DNA of 64,000 nucleotides from a virus (IMGVR_UViG_3300042460_000519:1638-65637), one strand, 5' to 3'. Positions 1-9,112 are shown, numbered from the stretch's first letter. Notes: generated from the letters alone by a model not told the origin. Made by a program: numbers and translations.

Positions 1-1080
1 TCTTTTATCAAACATTGTTTTATAGCCTCTAAGGAACTCTTTTCCTAAATGTCCAGGATAACGTCCATTGTTGATAATAATAGCAGGATAATAACTACTA
101 ACGTCCCAATCAATAATGTAATGCTCATCATCAGCTTCAAATATCTTAGGACCATTAACACTATGAAGACCACCCTTGGCAAATGTATATTTGTTATTAT
201 AGAAGTTAATCTCTTCCATAAAATCATCATTCATTCCCATAGTCATCTTTCTTGTTCTCTGAAAGAATTCATCTAGTTCAGGTGTAACAAACTCTACATA
301 AGAAGCAATGCAATTCTTAACAGCAATTGTTTTTCTAAAGAACCCCTTACGTGGTAATTCACCATATGCAATTCCTTTCTCTTGCATATAAAACTTCTTA
401 ATCATCTCATCACCAATTTTACTGTCTGAATAGTTCAAACAAGGAATATCAAACTCAGTTTCTATATCTTGTCTAAGCTCTATTTGGTTATTGCCTTTGT
501 ATAATGGATGATTACATTGTCCTATTGTTATTTTATAGAATTCATATGTAGCCATTACATCATTCTTGCAATAGGTTCTGGTGATATGTCTGTCTGTTGG
601 TGTCATTCCCACCTTTGTATGATGAACAGGCATTTCCTCAATATTCTCATAGTCCATTTCAAACTCAAGCCTTTTAAGAGAGACCATTCGATTCTTATTA
701 TCGTAATGATTAATCTTGAATAGATCTATTTGTTTAAAACTTAGTTCGTGCTCTCTGTATTCAGGGAACACATCATAATTAGCATCATGAATAACATCAG
801 CAGCCTTCTGTGCAATCTTACTGCATAGTTCTAATGCAGGCAAATCATGCCATTGCTCATAGCTACGTAATATCCATTCAACCACTTGGCTGTCAAATCT
901 TATGTTATTATAACCAACCCAATAATAATCATTGTGTTCGTCACAGAAATTAATAAATGCATCTATTTCATTTTTACTCTTACTAATTTCAAATTCATAA
1001 TATTCATCACTTTGTGGATTATATACACCAACAAAGAACATTTCTAATAAGGTTTCGATGTCATAGATTAATACATTCAT
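1..1080 (-). CDS. polB: Family B DNA polymerase, N-terminal 360 aa (truncated by window edge)
   Basis: Not in the ORF track; translated by hand from ATG at 1080 (overlaps the TGA of 1077..1316). MNVLIYDIET (ExoI), WVGYNNIRFD (ExoII), YCKNDV (ExoIII), then GGLHS and IIDWDVSSYYP (PolB motif A, DxxSxYP). Open to position 1. Confidence 0.9.
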   Translation of the reverse strand, partial: MNVLIYDIETLLEMFFVGVYNPQSDEYYEFEISKSKNEIDAFINFCDEHNDYYWVGYNNIRFDSQVVEWILRSYEQWHDLPALELCSKIAQKAADVIHDANYDVFPEYREHELSFKQIDLFKINHYDNKNRMVSLKRLEFEMDYENIEEMPVHHTKVGMTPTDRHITRTYCKNDVMATYEFYKITIGQCNHPLYKGNNQIELRQDIETEFDIPCLNYSDSKIGDEMIKKFYMQEKGIAYGELPRKGFFRKTIAVKNCIASYVEFVTPELDEFFQRTRKMTMGMNDDFMEEINFYNNKYTFAKGGLHSVNGPKIFEADDEHYIIDWDVSSYYPAIIINNGRYPGHLGKEFLRGYKTMFDKR

Positions 1081-1316
1081 AATTCTTTGTCTGATTTATA
1101 GATTTCTAATAGTTCTTTCATTTTATATCTGCTGACAAATCCATCAATAGTATATGTTTCTCCAATCTCTGTATCATCAAAGAAGTCTACTCTTTTTTTA
1201 ATACACCACGCTGCAAACCCAATAGCAAACTCATCTGCTACTTGTTCACATTGAGCTTCCCAATCACTTGCCCAAAATTCCATTAATATTTGTGAAAAAT
1301 TTTCTTTTAGTGTCAT
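1077..1316 (-). CDS. Hypothetical phage protein
   Basis: 79-aa ORF coupled by ATGA overlaps to both neighbours. Confidence 0.7.
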   Translation of the reverse strand: MTLKENFSQILMEFWASDWEAQCEQVADEFAIGFAAWCIKKRVDFFDDTEIGETYTIDGFVSRYKMKELLEIYKSDKEL

Positions 1317-1615
1317 AATAATGGTTCTTTAGTTCCTATTTCATAAACACAATTATACAATGGATCTGTATTAATAATTTTTAGCAATATCAATAATTGA
1401 TCTGCTTCAACATAGTCAAGATTTTCATAGTTAAGTTTTGTTACAATACTAAAACCATCTCCAGTGTCTTCAATTGTTATTGCTGGTTGATTATGTAATT
1501 CATCACTCCAACTTTCTGTAGGAGCATAATACAATGTATGTATTTGCTTTTTACTTTCTCCTATACAATCATAGTCGTATTCATATTGATTGTCAATAAA
1601 TATTTGATTCTTCAT
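1313..1615 (-). CDS. Hypothetical phage protein
   Basis: 100-aa ORF in the tightly packed minus-strand operon. Confidence 0.7.
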   Translation of the reverse strand: MKNQIFIDNQYEYDYDCIGESKKQIHTLYYAPTESWSDELHNQPAITIEDTGDGFSIVTKLNYENLDYVEADQLLILLKIINTDPLYNCVYEIGTKEPLL

Positions 1616-1809
1616 TTTGTTTGTTTTTTATGTTCTTTCCAATCTAACCAAAATCCTATTGCAACAATAATGTTCATACCAAAAGAGGCAATGAATTCAT
1701 ATATGTCTTCATAAACATGTGTAGAAAGATGAATATGTCCCACCATCCAAAAAGGAACAGCAAGATTGTTTGATATCCATCTAACTAAATATGTTATGAA
1801 GTTTTTCAT
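1612..1809 (-). CDS. Small putative membrane protein
   Basis: 65 aa with two hydrophobic stretches and a basic C-terminus. Confidence 0.6.
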   Translation of the reverse strand: MKNFITYLVRWISNNLAVPFWMVGHIHLSTHVYEDIYEFIASFGMNIIVAIGFWLDWKEHKKQTK

Positions 1810-1835
1810 TGTTACAAATATAATAATTATTTTAA

Positions 1836-2255
1836 TTATTCTTCATCTTCGTCTGTCAAAAGTCTAATTACAACTTTTTGATCATACATATTAGGAATAA
1901 CTTGTTCTTCTTCATCAAAGAATTCTTCAATGATTTCTAGTTCTATCCATCCACCATATTCACTAAGAATATAATTAATGTCTTCAAGGCTTATAGGACG
2001 TAATTCATCTACATCATCTCCATCATCCATCCAACCTAGTTCATGTGGTTCAACAAGAACAGTTTCATCATCATCAATGATGTATAGCTCCATAGGAGCA
2101 CCATTCTCAATAATGAACTTCTCTTCATCTCTAGGAATTTTATCTAATTCAAATAGCTTAATTCCTTCTTCAGATGCTTCAACAAACAACATTCCTTTCT
2201 CAAGCTGTTTAGGCATATAGCTCTTAAGAACTAATTCACATTCATAATGATACAT
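1836..2255 (-). CDS. Acidic hypothetical protein
   Basis: 139 aa, very D/E-rich. Confidence 0.7.
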   Translation of the reverse strand: MYHYECELVLKSYMPKQLEKGMLFVEASEEGIKLFELDKIPRDEEKFIIENGAPMELYIIDDDETVLVEPHELGWMDDGDDVDELRPISLEDINYILSEYGGWIELEIIEEFFDEEEQVIPNMYDQKVVIRLLTDEDEE

Positions 2256-2387
2256 TTTTGTCTTTTATTATTAAATAATATTCATTATTGAAATACTTTA
2301 AAACCTTTTCATCGTTAGGTATACTCATTACTTTTTCCATTTTTTCTTTATCTAGTAAAAGAAAAGTTCTGTGCATAAGGATTAATT

Positions 2388-2687
2388 TCATAATGTTATT
2401 AATTCTTCTTGTTCTATACTAATTTCTATTTTTGTTTCTTCAAGCTTTCTGAATCTAGATTCTTTAAAAGCAGGTTCAATAAACGCTCCTACAAGTTTAA
2501 ACCATTTAGGAGGATTATGTATTTCTTCAAGATATACACCAACAACAAAATCATGGTCAGCAAAACCACGAATTGTATATTGTTGATCTTGTTTAACCCA
2601 ATTGGGCACATCTCTTAATAATTCTTCCACTGTGTGTGCTAACATACTTGCGTCAACACACACCACTTTATCACCTATTGATAACAT
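2388..2687 (-). CDS. Hypothetical protein with SH3/KOW-like start (IGDKVVCVD)
   Basis: 99-aa ORF. GDKVVCVD is a common start for small phage beta-barrel proteins. Confidence 0.65.
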   Translation of the reverse strand: MLSIGDKVVCVDASMLAHTVEELLRDVPNWVKQDQQYTIRGFADHDFVVGVYLEEIHNPPKWFKLVGAFIEPAFKESRFRKLEETKIEISIEQEELITL

Positions 2688-2688
2688 A

Positions 2689-3387
2689 TTATATGTTTTT
2701 AAATTGTTCTAAAATTTTATCTCTTAACTCTTTAAAGTCATTACCATCATTACCAACACATCTTATCCAAGTTTCAGCCATAATATCTTTTACTTCTTCT
2801 TCACTATAAACTTGTTGTTCTTTTGTAACAGCATCATAAATTTTAACTTGATTTCTATACAAAATAGCAAGTTTATTTTCTATTACACTATATTGACACA
2901 TTGAACTTCCTAAAACTTCTTCAAGTGTTTCTTGTTTAGGTTCTTCTTTTGGCAAATAAATATGATATTTTACCTCCCACTTATCTTCATCTTTATCAGC
3001 ATAATTATCGATAAGTTTATTAGTTTTAGCAACCTCAACCTCCTCACAACTTGGATTCTTAACAAACCATTCTAAAAATGTATCATCAATAGCTTGTACA
3101 CCATCTTTGATTAGGTCTTGGTCTGTTGTTAGGATAATTTTTTTATAAGCATCTTTATTTAAAGTCCAATCTAATTTTAATTCTCTTTGAATAGAGTTTG
3201 AATATAATGATATAAACCAATCTCCCTCTTTAATTTCTTCATCAGAAGTGATGTAGATGTTTTGGTTTGTAAAATCATCATTTCTACTTTGAATTGAAGT
3301 TTGCATCATTCCAAATACAAAGTTTTCATTATTTCCTAAATATAACCTACTTGGTTTATCTGTTGGTAATATGTGTATGTTTTTCAT
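2689..3387 (-). CDS. Mosaic hypothetical protein (KQETLEE / YSEEEV modules)
   Basis: 232 aa; shares a 24-bp identical segment with 3393..3632. Confidence 0.75.
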   Translation of the reverse strand: MKNIHILPTDKPSRLYLGNNENFVFGMMQTSIQSRNDDFTNQNIYITSDEEIKEGDWFISLYSNSIQRELKLDWTLNKDAYKKIILTTDQDLIKDGVQAIDDTFLEWFVKNPSCEEVEVAKTNKLIDNYADKDEDKWEVKYHIYLPKEEPKQETLEEVLGSSMCQYSVIENKLAILYRNQVKIYDAVTKEQQVYSEEEVKDIMAETWIRCVGNDGNDFKELRDKILEQFKNI

Positions 3388-3805
3388 AATTCTTATTTGT
3401 TTAAAAATGTTTCAAATATTAATCTTCTTGCTTCTGCATCAGATAATGTTCCTCTTAATCTTTGTAGAAATTCTGACTTGCCTATTTGCTCTTGTTGCCA
3501 TTTAGCACCTTCAATAAAGTCTATTTTAGATATTGCAATTGGTGTCATATCCTCAAAGTCTAATTTAGGGTGTATTTCTTCCCAATCATTAGCATACTTT
3601 TCAGCAACTTCTTCAAGTGTTTCTTGTTTCATTTTAAAAATATTTTAAGTGTTCTACCATCATCTTGAAATTGTATCTCAACATCTTTAGCATTATACTT
3701 TGTAAATGCTCTACCATTATATGGTGGTGAATGTTGTATCACTTCAACTCTTTTCACTTTTGATGTGTCATTTTGTTGTTCTTGCCATTTAGCACCTTCA
3801 ATAAA
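2914..3805. repeat. Two pairs of exact 24-bp direct repeats in adjacent genes
   Basis: aacttcttcaagtgtttcttgttt at 2914-2937 and 3606-3629 (KQETLEEV); ttgccatttagcaccttcaataaa at 3495-3518 and 3782-3805 (FIEGAKWQ). Confidence 0.9.
3393..3632 (-). CDS. Mosaic hypothetical protein (KQETLEE...GAKWQ)
   Basis: 79 aa carrying both repeated peptides. Confidence 0.75.
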   Translation of the reverse strand: MKQETLEEVAEKYANDWEEIHPKLDFEDMTPIAISKIDFIEGAKWQQEQIGKSEFLQRLRGTLSDAEARRLIFETFLNK

Positions 3806-4198
3806 ATCATCATAGTATCTATTATAATTATCTCCTGCTATATACCTCTCAGCAGCATCTATAAGTGCTTGATTTGGTTCAGATGGATTCTCTATTTCAT
3901 CAATAAACTTTTTAATATTCTCTTTTTTTTCATCATTGAAGACATCCTTAAGTTTAATTTCTCGAGATTCATCATACAACTCCAATTCTTCATCAGATTC
4001 CATCATATCAATTAGATGTTGTTTTTGTTGTTCTTTGTTAATATAATCAGTTACAGCATCAATATCTTTTTGATTAAAAATATCTTCCTCAGTTAGTACC
4101 TTTTTAGGTTCTTGTTTTGGAAAGTCAATAGTGTCTTCTATACATGTACAGTGTTCTAATGACTTATTACAATCTTTACATTCTTCTTTTGACTCCAT
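3629..4198 (-). CDS. Mosaic hypothetical protein (N-terminal CxxC..CxC, GAKWQ module)
   Basis: 189 aa; CKDC-CTC N-terminus; DFIEGAKWQ shared with the neighbouring gene. Confidence 0.75.
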   Translation of the reverse strand: MESKEECKDCNKSLEHCTCIEDTIDFPKQEPKKVLTEEDIFNQKDIDAVTDYINKEQQKQHLIDMMESDEELELYDESREIKLKDVFNDEKKENIKKFIDEIENPSEPNQALIDAAERYIAGDNYNRYYDDFIEGAKWQEQQNDTSKVKRVEVIQHSPPYNGRAFTKYNAKDVEIQFQDDGRTLKIFLK

Positions 4199-4205
4199 AT
4201 CTTTA

Positions 4206-4460
4206 TTAGTTACATATTTGACTTCCTACAGGTATATTGCCATCTCTTTGAGTTTGTATTATTGCACCTGTGCAGTTATTTTTTATTTTAATAACTGAGA
4301 ATACAGTAACACCACCTTGACCATTAACTACGTTAAATGAAGTTGATTCAGTTACCACCCCACAATTACAATCTGTAGGATTTTCTGAAGGGGTGTTGTC
4401 TTCTGTTGAACAACTTAGTGACACAATAGTCACTGCTAAAATTAAAATTGCTTTTTTCAT
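4206..4460 (-). CDS. Small lipoprotein
   Basis: MKKAILILAVTIVSLS-C is a type II signal peptide with lipobox Cys; four further Cys in the mature part. Confidence 0.75.
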   Translation of the reverse strand: MKKAILILAVTIVSLSCSTEDNTPSENPTDCNCGVVTESTSFNVVNGQGGVTVFSVIKIKNNCTGAIIQTQRDGNIPVGSQICN

Positions 4461-4657
4461 ATTGTTTGTTTTTGATAATTAAAATCTGGTATATAATTGT
4501 GATTAACAAGTAGACTAACACTGTCTATTGATTTAAATACACTGTTTGCTGTAAACTTCTCTAAAGCTTCCATCATATTGTCAGCTTCTACAATTTCTTC
4601 AAGATCTGTGGCACAATCATTACGTTCTGCCCAGTAACATATTAAATAATTTCTCAT
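4457..4657 (-). CDS. Hypothetical protein
   Basis: 66-aa ORF overlapping its neighbours by 4 nt. Confidence 0.65.
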   Translation of the reverse strand: MRNYLICYWAERNDCATDLEEIVEADNMMEALEKFTANSVFKSIDSVSLLVNHNYIPDFNYQKQTI

Positions 4658-4833
4658 GGTTTTTTAAATTTGATTTCTATTGATTCCATTATTTCTTTAA
4701 AGTCTTTATCCTTTATCATATATCCTTTTTGTATATACAATACATGTGTTGAGTTTCCTTCTTCATTGATGAAAGAAACAATACCTGTGTCTTTTTTAAG
4801 TAACACTCTCTTTGCTTGTTTTAGTAAACTCAT
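4654..4833 (-). CDS. Small hypothetical protein (59 aa, MSLLKQAKRV...)
   Basis: Hand-translated, below the ORF-track cutoff; its TGA overlaps the ATG of 4457..4657. Confidence 0.55.
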   Translation of the reverse strand: MSLLKQAKRVLLKKDTGIVSFINEEGNSTHVLYIQKGYMIKDKDFKEIMESIEIKFKKP

Positions 4834-4840
4834 AGTCTTA

Positions 4841-4866
4841 AAAAGAAAAAGCCCTATTGCTAGGGC
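4841..4866 (-). terminator. Intrinsic terminator
   Basis: Minus strand GCCCTA-GCAA-TAGGGC followed by TTTTTCTTTT. Confidence 0.8.
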
Positions 4867-4880
4867 CTAATCTCCACAAA

Positions 4881-5027
4881 TTAATAACCTAATTTTTCTA
4901 AAGCTAATTCATCAGCTGTTATAAGATAAATTCCCTTTGTTATTTTACAATCAAACCACACTCTTAATTCTAATGCTCTTTGTTTGAATTGATAAAATGC
5001 TGTTGGTTCTAGTTCTATTGTTTTCAT
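4881..5027 (-). CDS. Small hypothetical protein (48 aa, MKTIELEPTAF...)
   Basis: Hand-translated; ATG overlaps the TGA of the ParB-like gene and the ORF ends just before the terminator. Confidence 0.55.
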   Translation of the reverse strand: MKTIELEPTAFYQFKQRALELRVWFDCKITKGIYLITADELALEKLGY

Positions 5028-5779
5028 ATTATTGATTTTAATAATTTTTTATATTCTTCTGGGTCTAATGTAACAGTTTTAAACTTGTCTTTGTTAAGCT
5101 TTAGATTAGCTAAGAATTGTTTGTGATCATATTTATCATATGAACTAATAAAATTCACATAAGAAGAAATAAACAATTTGTTGCTCATTCTATCCATACG
5201 TTTTACAAGCTTTAGAGCATCTGTTACATAATTTAATATTGTAACACCTCTTTTCTCATCATCAATGGCAAACTCACCTTTCTTAATCAATGATGATACA
5301 TGTGAACCACCAACAGTACCACTGCAAGTGTTATTCATAAGAATCTCTGCTACTTGTGATAATTCAATATCATATGTATTGAAATATTTACTTAGTTTAA
5401 CATAGTCTTTATTAACGTTACTCCATACAAGAATGTAATCTTTCATAGTCCATGATTTAGAAGAGCTATTCAATAATGCTAAATGTTCTGCAAGATCAAC
5501 ATTATCTTTAATATCTATTTCTACATATGGAACATCCCAACCAAGTCTCATGAGAGCGTGATAAAGATGTTGTCCATCAATAATGTAAGTTGTTTTGTTA
5601 CCATCAATAAAACTAATTGTTGATACAACAACAGGTCTTACAATTCCCATTTTATCTAACGATGTAGATAGTTTAGTTACTTGTTGAGGAATAATTGGTC
5701 TATTAACTCCTGCTAATAAAGCAAATCCTTTACTTCCTGACATTTTTAATGTCTTAATTGTCAATGTTTTGTTTTTCAT
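5024..5779 (-). CDS. ParB/Srx-like domain protein
   Basis: NRPI...V.KL..SL...GIVRPVVV...YIIDGQHLY.AL..LG..VPY matches the ParB N-terminal fold (DGQH[R>L]); then LN...KSW...DY. Confidence 0.75.
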   Translation of the reverse strand: MKNKTLTIKTLKMSGSKGFALLAGVNRPIIPQQVTKLSTSLDKMGIVRPVVVSTISFIDGNKTTYIIDGQHLYHALMRLGWDVPYVEIDIKDNVDLAEHLALLNSSSKSWTMKDYILVWSNVNKDYVKLSKYFNTYDIELSQVAEILMNNTCSGTVGGSHVSSLIKKGEFAIDDEKRGVTILNYVTDALKLVKRMDRMSNKLFISSYVNFISSYDKYDHKQFLANLKLNKDKFKTVTLDPEEYKKLLKSII

Positions 5780-5819
5780 GTTTTCTAGTTTTTAAATTTG
5801 TGTTCTATGTTTAAATTAT

Positions 5820-6102
5820 GACGCATGTGCGTCCACTTATCAATTAGTTGTGTTGACCAATGATCAACTTTATACAGATTTCAATAACAACTATCCAAAA
5901 TTGTTATTAAATTAGCACCCTCTTTCTTTGTTGTGAAGTGGAGTAGGGTCACGTAGTAAGAGATGTTCTAAATGTTTGCACCAGATAGACTGGGACACAT
6001 TACTACTTGCTGAGAACTCATTTGTGTTGGACGTGGCAACCTTTTCACTCGTGGTACATCCTTCCTTTCTCAAGGGAACAACACATTCTACATCTCTGTA
6101 GA
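5820..6102 (-). ncRNA. Candidate structured non-coding RNA with pseudoknot
   Basis: No ORF of 60 aa or more, locally GC-richer, with several complementary pairs, a GAGA tetraloop on the minus strand and a loop-distal pairing TGAGAA/TTCTCA. Family not recognised. Confidence 0.55.
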
Positions 6103-6348
6103 TATCTTTATGTAAAGCATAATATTTGTTACAACACTACGTCTTAAAGACCTGTTACAGTCTATTACAAAGGATCAATGTTTAGCCTATTGTTGTACAT
6201 TATAATATACATTTTGCATGCTTTTTATTGTTTTTGTATAATATAATATACATAAATGTATAATATGGGTAAGTTCAGTGATACGCAGCACATACATTGA
6301 CTATTTAAACTGCTTTGTGGCGATTTAGTCCCCAGTGATTATACAAAT

Positions 6349-6510
6349 TTATTCTTGTTTTACAAATCTACATATTCTTTTATAAGAAAGAGCATGATAT
6401 TTCTCATAAATAACAAGTATTCTACAACATCCTTGTTGAATGGGATTTGTAGAGTAAACCACTTGACCAGTTAATATTTTAGCTGGTATTCTTGGTCTTT
6501 TATTTTTCAT
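6349..6510 (-). CDS. Small basic hypothetical protein (MKNKRPRIPAK...)
   Basis: Internal ATG of track ORF 6349..6552; overlaps the end of 6500..6670. Confidence 0.45.
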   Translation of the reverse strand: MKNKRPRIPAKILTGQVVYSTNPIQQGCCRILVIYEKYHALSYKRICRFVKQE

Positions 6511-6670
6511 CACCTTTATCATTAACATGCATTCCAAAAATAATTGGAACAATAAAAGGAGCTAACAATGAAAGCAATACATCTTGATAACCTAATGTAT
6601 CAAATGTTTTATGTTCTTGTAGTAATATACCAAACATAATGAAGTAACTGATTATACAATATAATATCAT
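6500..6670 (-). CDS. Small two-helix membrane protein (56 aa)
   Basis: Hand-translated MILYCIISYFIMFGILL...VLLSLLAPFIVPIIFG. Confidence 0.5.
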   Translation of the reverse strand: MILYCIISYFIMFGILLQEHKTFDTLGYQDVLLSLLAPFIVPIIFGMHVNDKGDEK

Positions 6671-6687
6671 AATATTTTTATTTTAAA

Positions 6688-6894
6688 TTAAACATCGTCT
6701 GCATCATCAGCAAACATCTTATTCCAATCTTCATCAGTGTTACCACTAATGATAAACTCTCTATCTGCTGCATTCAAATTAGGAAATGCATCTTGAGCAT
6801 AAACGCCTGATTGCCAGGCGTTATATTGCTTTTGTGTAATGTCAAGATCTCTTGTTCTTTCTACACCAAATACTGAAGTTCTAGTGATTAACAT
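6688..6894 (-). CDS. Conserved-looking small phage protein
   Basis: 68 aa with Q.AFP.L...DREFIISG.T..W, a pattern I recall from many phage hypotheticals. Confidence 0.7.
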   Translation of the reverse strand: MLITRTSVFGVERTRDLDITQKQYNAWQSGVYAQDAFPNLNAADREFIISGNTDEDWNKMFADDADDV

Positions 6895-7075
6895 ATTTCT
6901 TTTCTATTTTTTCATATGCATTACACATTTCTTTATTATTAGAATAGTGAATAGATTTAACTCTGTTAAGCATCCATTCATTAAACTTTTCTATTTCAGT
7001 GTCTTTTTTGTTCAAATCTAGTTTATCAACTAATGAACAAAATATTTGTTTGTTGATTTCAATATTCATAATCAT
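6881..7075 (-). CDS. Hypothetical protein
   Basis: 64-aa ORF in operon. Confidence 0.6.
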   Translation of the reverse strand: MIMNIEINKQIFCSLVDKLDLNKKDTEIEKFNEWMLNRVKSIHYSNNKEMCNAYEKIEKKYVNH

Positions 7076-7251
7076 AATGCAATTAGTTTTTCGTAATCAG
7101 TTAATAATAATTTCTTTTGTGTCATTAATTTTGCTTCTAATTCATAATAGCGATGAACATCTATTTCATCACTAGATGATAATGTTTCGTCTAATTCAAA
7201 TAATTGTTGGTCAATAAGATTAATTTGGTTTTTAATTTGTTCTGTGTTCAT
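7072..7251 (-). CDS. Small coiled-coil protein (59 aa, MNTEQIKNQI...)
   Basis: Hand-translated; its TGA overlaps the ATG of 6881..7075. Confidence 0.55.
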   Translation of the reverse strand: MNTEQIKNQINLIDQQLFELDETLSSSDEIDVHRYYELEAKLMTQKKLLLTDYEKLIAL

Positions 7252-7268
7252 AGTTTTAAGTTATTAAA

Positions 7269-7652
7269 TTATAAATATTTACTAAATTTTGAATAAACTA
7301 ATTTTATTTGGTCATGAGCATATCTTCTTGCATCATCTGCTGTATATGCATCAACAAGGTCTTTAATGATGTTAGCTTGTTTTATAACATATGCTTCATC
7401 ATGAGTACAATTATTATAACCATGAGCTGTATCAAATCCTATCATGAGATATTCTTTATCTTTATCCCATTGTGTGAATGTTATTTCTTCAGTGCAACTA
7501 TCAGGTTCTAAATATTTTCCCCAACCTTCTTCTAATTTAACTAATATTGGATGGTCTTTGGGAATATGGACATATCCACATCCCCAACCAATTGTTCTAA
7601 TATTAGATTTAAATTCTTCCTCATATTTCATTGTACTAATAAATGTTTTCAT
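7269..7652 (-). CDS. Conserved phage hypothetical protein (GYVxIPxxHP...GFDxAH)
   Basis: 127 aa with WGCGYVHIPKDHP and IGFDTAH motifs. Confidence 0.7.
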   Translation of the reverse strand: MKTFISTMKYEEEFKSNIRTIGWGCGYVHIPKDHPILVKLEEGWGKYLEPDSCTEEITFTQWDKDKEYLMIGFDTAHGYNNCTHDEAYVIKQANIIKDLVDAYTADDARRYAHDQIKLVYSKFSKYL

Positions 7653-7894
7653 ATAACTGTGTCTTTTAAATAAAATTGTGTTGTTAATGATTGTTGTTCA
7701 ATCATGCCAATAATAGTTCCTATATATAATGCTGTTTGTCCAAGATCAAATGATTCTGGAATACTAATCATTAAATATTTACTATCTCCTTCTTCTTCTA
7801 TGGAACAAGTGATAGATTGTGTGTTTAACTGTTCAACCATTCTGTTGATTGCAGGCCAATACATTGAACCTACGTGATATTTAATTTTTATCAT
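7649..7894 (-). CDS. Hypothetical protein
   Basis: 81-aa ORF in operon. Confidence 0.6.
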   Translation of the reverse strand: MIKIKYHVGSMYWPAINRMVEQLNTQSITCSIEEEGDSKYLMISIPESFDLGQTALYIGTIIGMIEQQSLTTQFYLKDTVI

Positions 7895-8117
7895 AATGTT
7901 TATTTTCTATAGGTCCTAAATAAAGTGTGTCAGAGTTCTTTGAGCCAAATTGTAATAATACAGGTGTGTTGTCCATTGGAATAGATTCAAGATCATCATT
8001 CCATATAAATACAGGATTATCAAAGTTTGGGTTAACATAAATCTTTTGTTTAGTAAATAGATAAATGTTAGTAGCAATTGATATACACAATAATGCTAAT
8101 AATAAGAGTTTTTTCAT
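7881..8117 (-). CDS. Membrane-anchored or exported small protein
   Basis: MKKLLLLALLCISIATNIYLF N-terminal hydrophobic segment. Confidence 0.65.
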   Translation of the reverse strand: MKKLLLLALLCISIATNIYLFTKQKIYVNPNFDNPVFIWNDDLESIPMDNTPVLLQFGSKNSDTLYLGPIENKHYDKN

Positions 8118-8121
8118 GTTA

Positions 8122-8325
8122 TTAAGAATTTAATTGTTCATTAACATCATATCCAACTATTGAAGCTGGTATCCAGCCAATGATGAACATAATCATTATT
8201 GTTGCACCATTTGTCATACAATTTCTGTACGACAGATCAGATAATAAATACCCAATCAATCCCAATACACACCATGTAATGAGAAATGTGGCTATTACAG
8301 CCAACATAAGTTTTGTTGATTTCAT
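8122..8325 (-). CDS. Two-TM membrane protein
   Basis: 67 aa with two hydrophobic helices. Confidence 0.65.
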   Translation of the reverse strand: MKSTKLMLAVIATFLITWCVLGLIGYLLSDLSYRNCMTNGATIMIMFIIGWIPASIVGYDVNEQLNS

Positions 8326-8345
8326 TTGTTTGTTATTAATTTGTG

Positions 8346-8576
8346 TTAATATAAGTCTTCATATACATATGTTGTATAAGGATCTAGTTTTGTTATTATG
8401 CTGGATTCTGAATTTATATAATTCATACGACCAAAATCATTATACATTGAAATGTATTTAGTTATTTCTTTGAGAGCATATGCTTTAGTATAACTACCAA
8501 GAGTATTAGCTGGAACCTTGTGATAATGCTTACCACCACTTCTATTTCTTTTGTCTTTATATATTCTTAAATCCAT
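8346..8576 (-). CDS. Hypothetical protein
   Basis: 76-aa ORF with ACATTATG start context. Confidence 0.6.
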   Translation of the reverse strand: MDLRIYKDKRNRSGGKHYHKVPANTLGSYTKAYALKEITKYISMYNDFGRMNYINSESSIITKLDPYTTYVYEDLY

Positions 8577-8675
8577 AATGTGTATAAATTAAAAACAATT
8601 AATTATAGCGTGTGTTATATCCTTTAACGCTCTTCTAAACTACACCAATCATCTGTTGGTAATTAATTGTTATAT

Positions 8676-8906
8676 TTAAAATGTAAATGTGAAATGTATA
8701 TGAGAGAATATATAACATATGCATTTAAACATTAGAATAATATATGTAGAAAAAAGAGAAGACCAAAGAATATTAGCTGTTCTATACATTTTTCTTTGTC
8801 TAGCACCTTCGTCTAATGTAATATACCAATAAGCAATAGCAAATAGTATAAAGAATACAATGATGTGTATACACACACTTGTAACGTTAATGTTGATTGT
8901 TGTCAT
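8676..8906 (-). CDS. Two-TM membrane protein
   Basis: 76 aa with two hydrophobic helices. Confidence 0.55.
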   Translation of the reverse strand: MTTININVTSVCIHIIVFFILFAIAYWYITLDEGARQRKMYRTANILWSSLFSTYIILMFKCICYIFSHIHFTFTF

Positions 8907-8920
8907 AATTTGTTATGTAT

Positions 8921-9112
8921 TTAAAATTCATTTATTATATCAATAGGATAATCATCATCCCACTCATCATCATCATCATCTAGAGATAATAAATATTCTA
9001 TAAGATCTAACTTTCCACTAAGATATGCAACACTCTGTACATCTACTTCTTTATAAGCTTCTTCTAATCTAATAGATATATTCTTCTTTTGTTCTTCTAA
9101 TATTTCTTTCAT
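8921..9112 (-). CDS. Small acidic protein
   Basis: 63 aa with a poly-Asp C-terminus. Confidence 0.6.
   Translation of the reverse strand: MKEILEEQKKNISIRLEEAYKEVDVQSVAYLSGKLDLIEYLLSLDDDDDEWDDDYPIDIINEF

Noticed and set aside
45-723. Short ORFs 45..230, 49..276 and 508..723 from the track
   Set aside because: They overlap the DNA polymerase frame, which the track missed because it runs off the edge.
5905-6110. SAM-I riboswitch resemblance (minus-strand CAGCAA ... GGGTGCTAA)
   Set aside because: The P3 partner GCAACC and a closing P1/P4 are not in the right places, and the observed stems give a different topology. Kept only as an unknown RNA.
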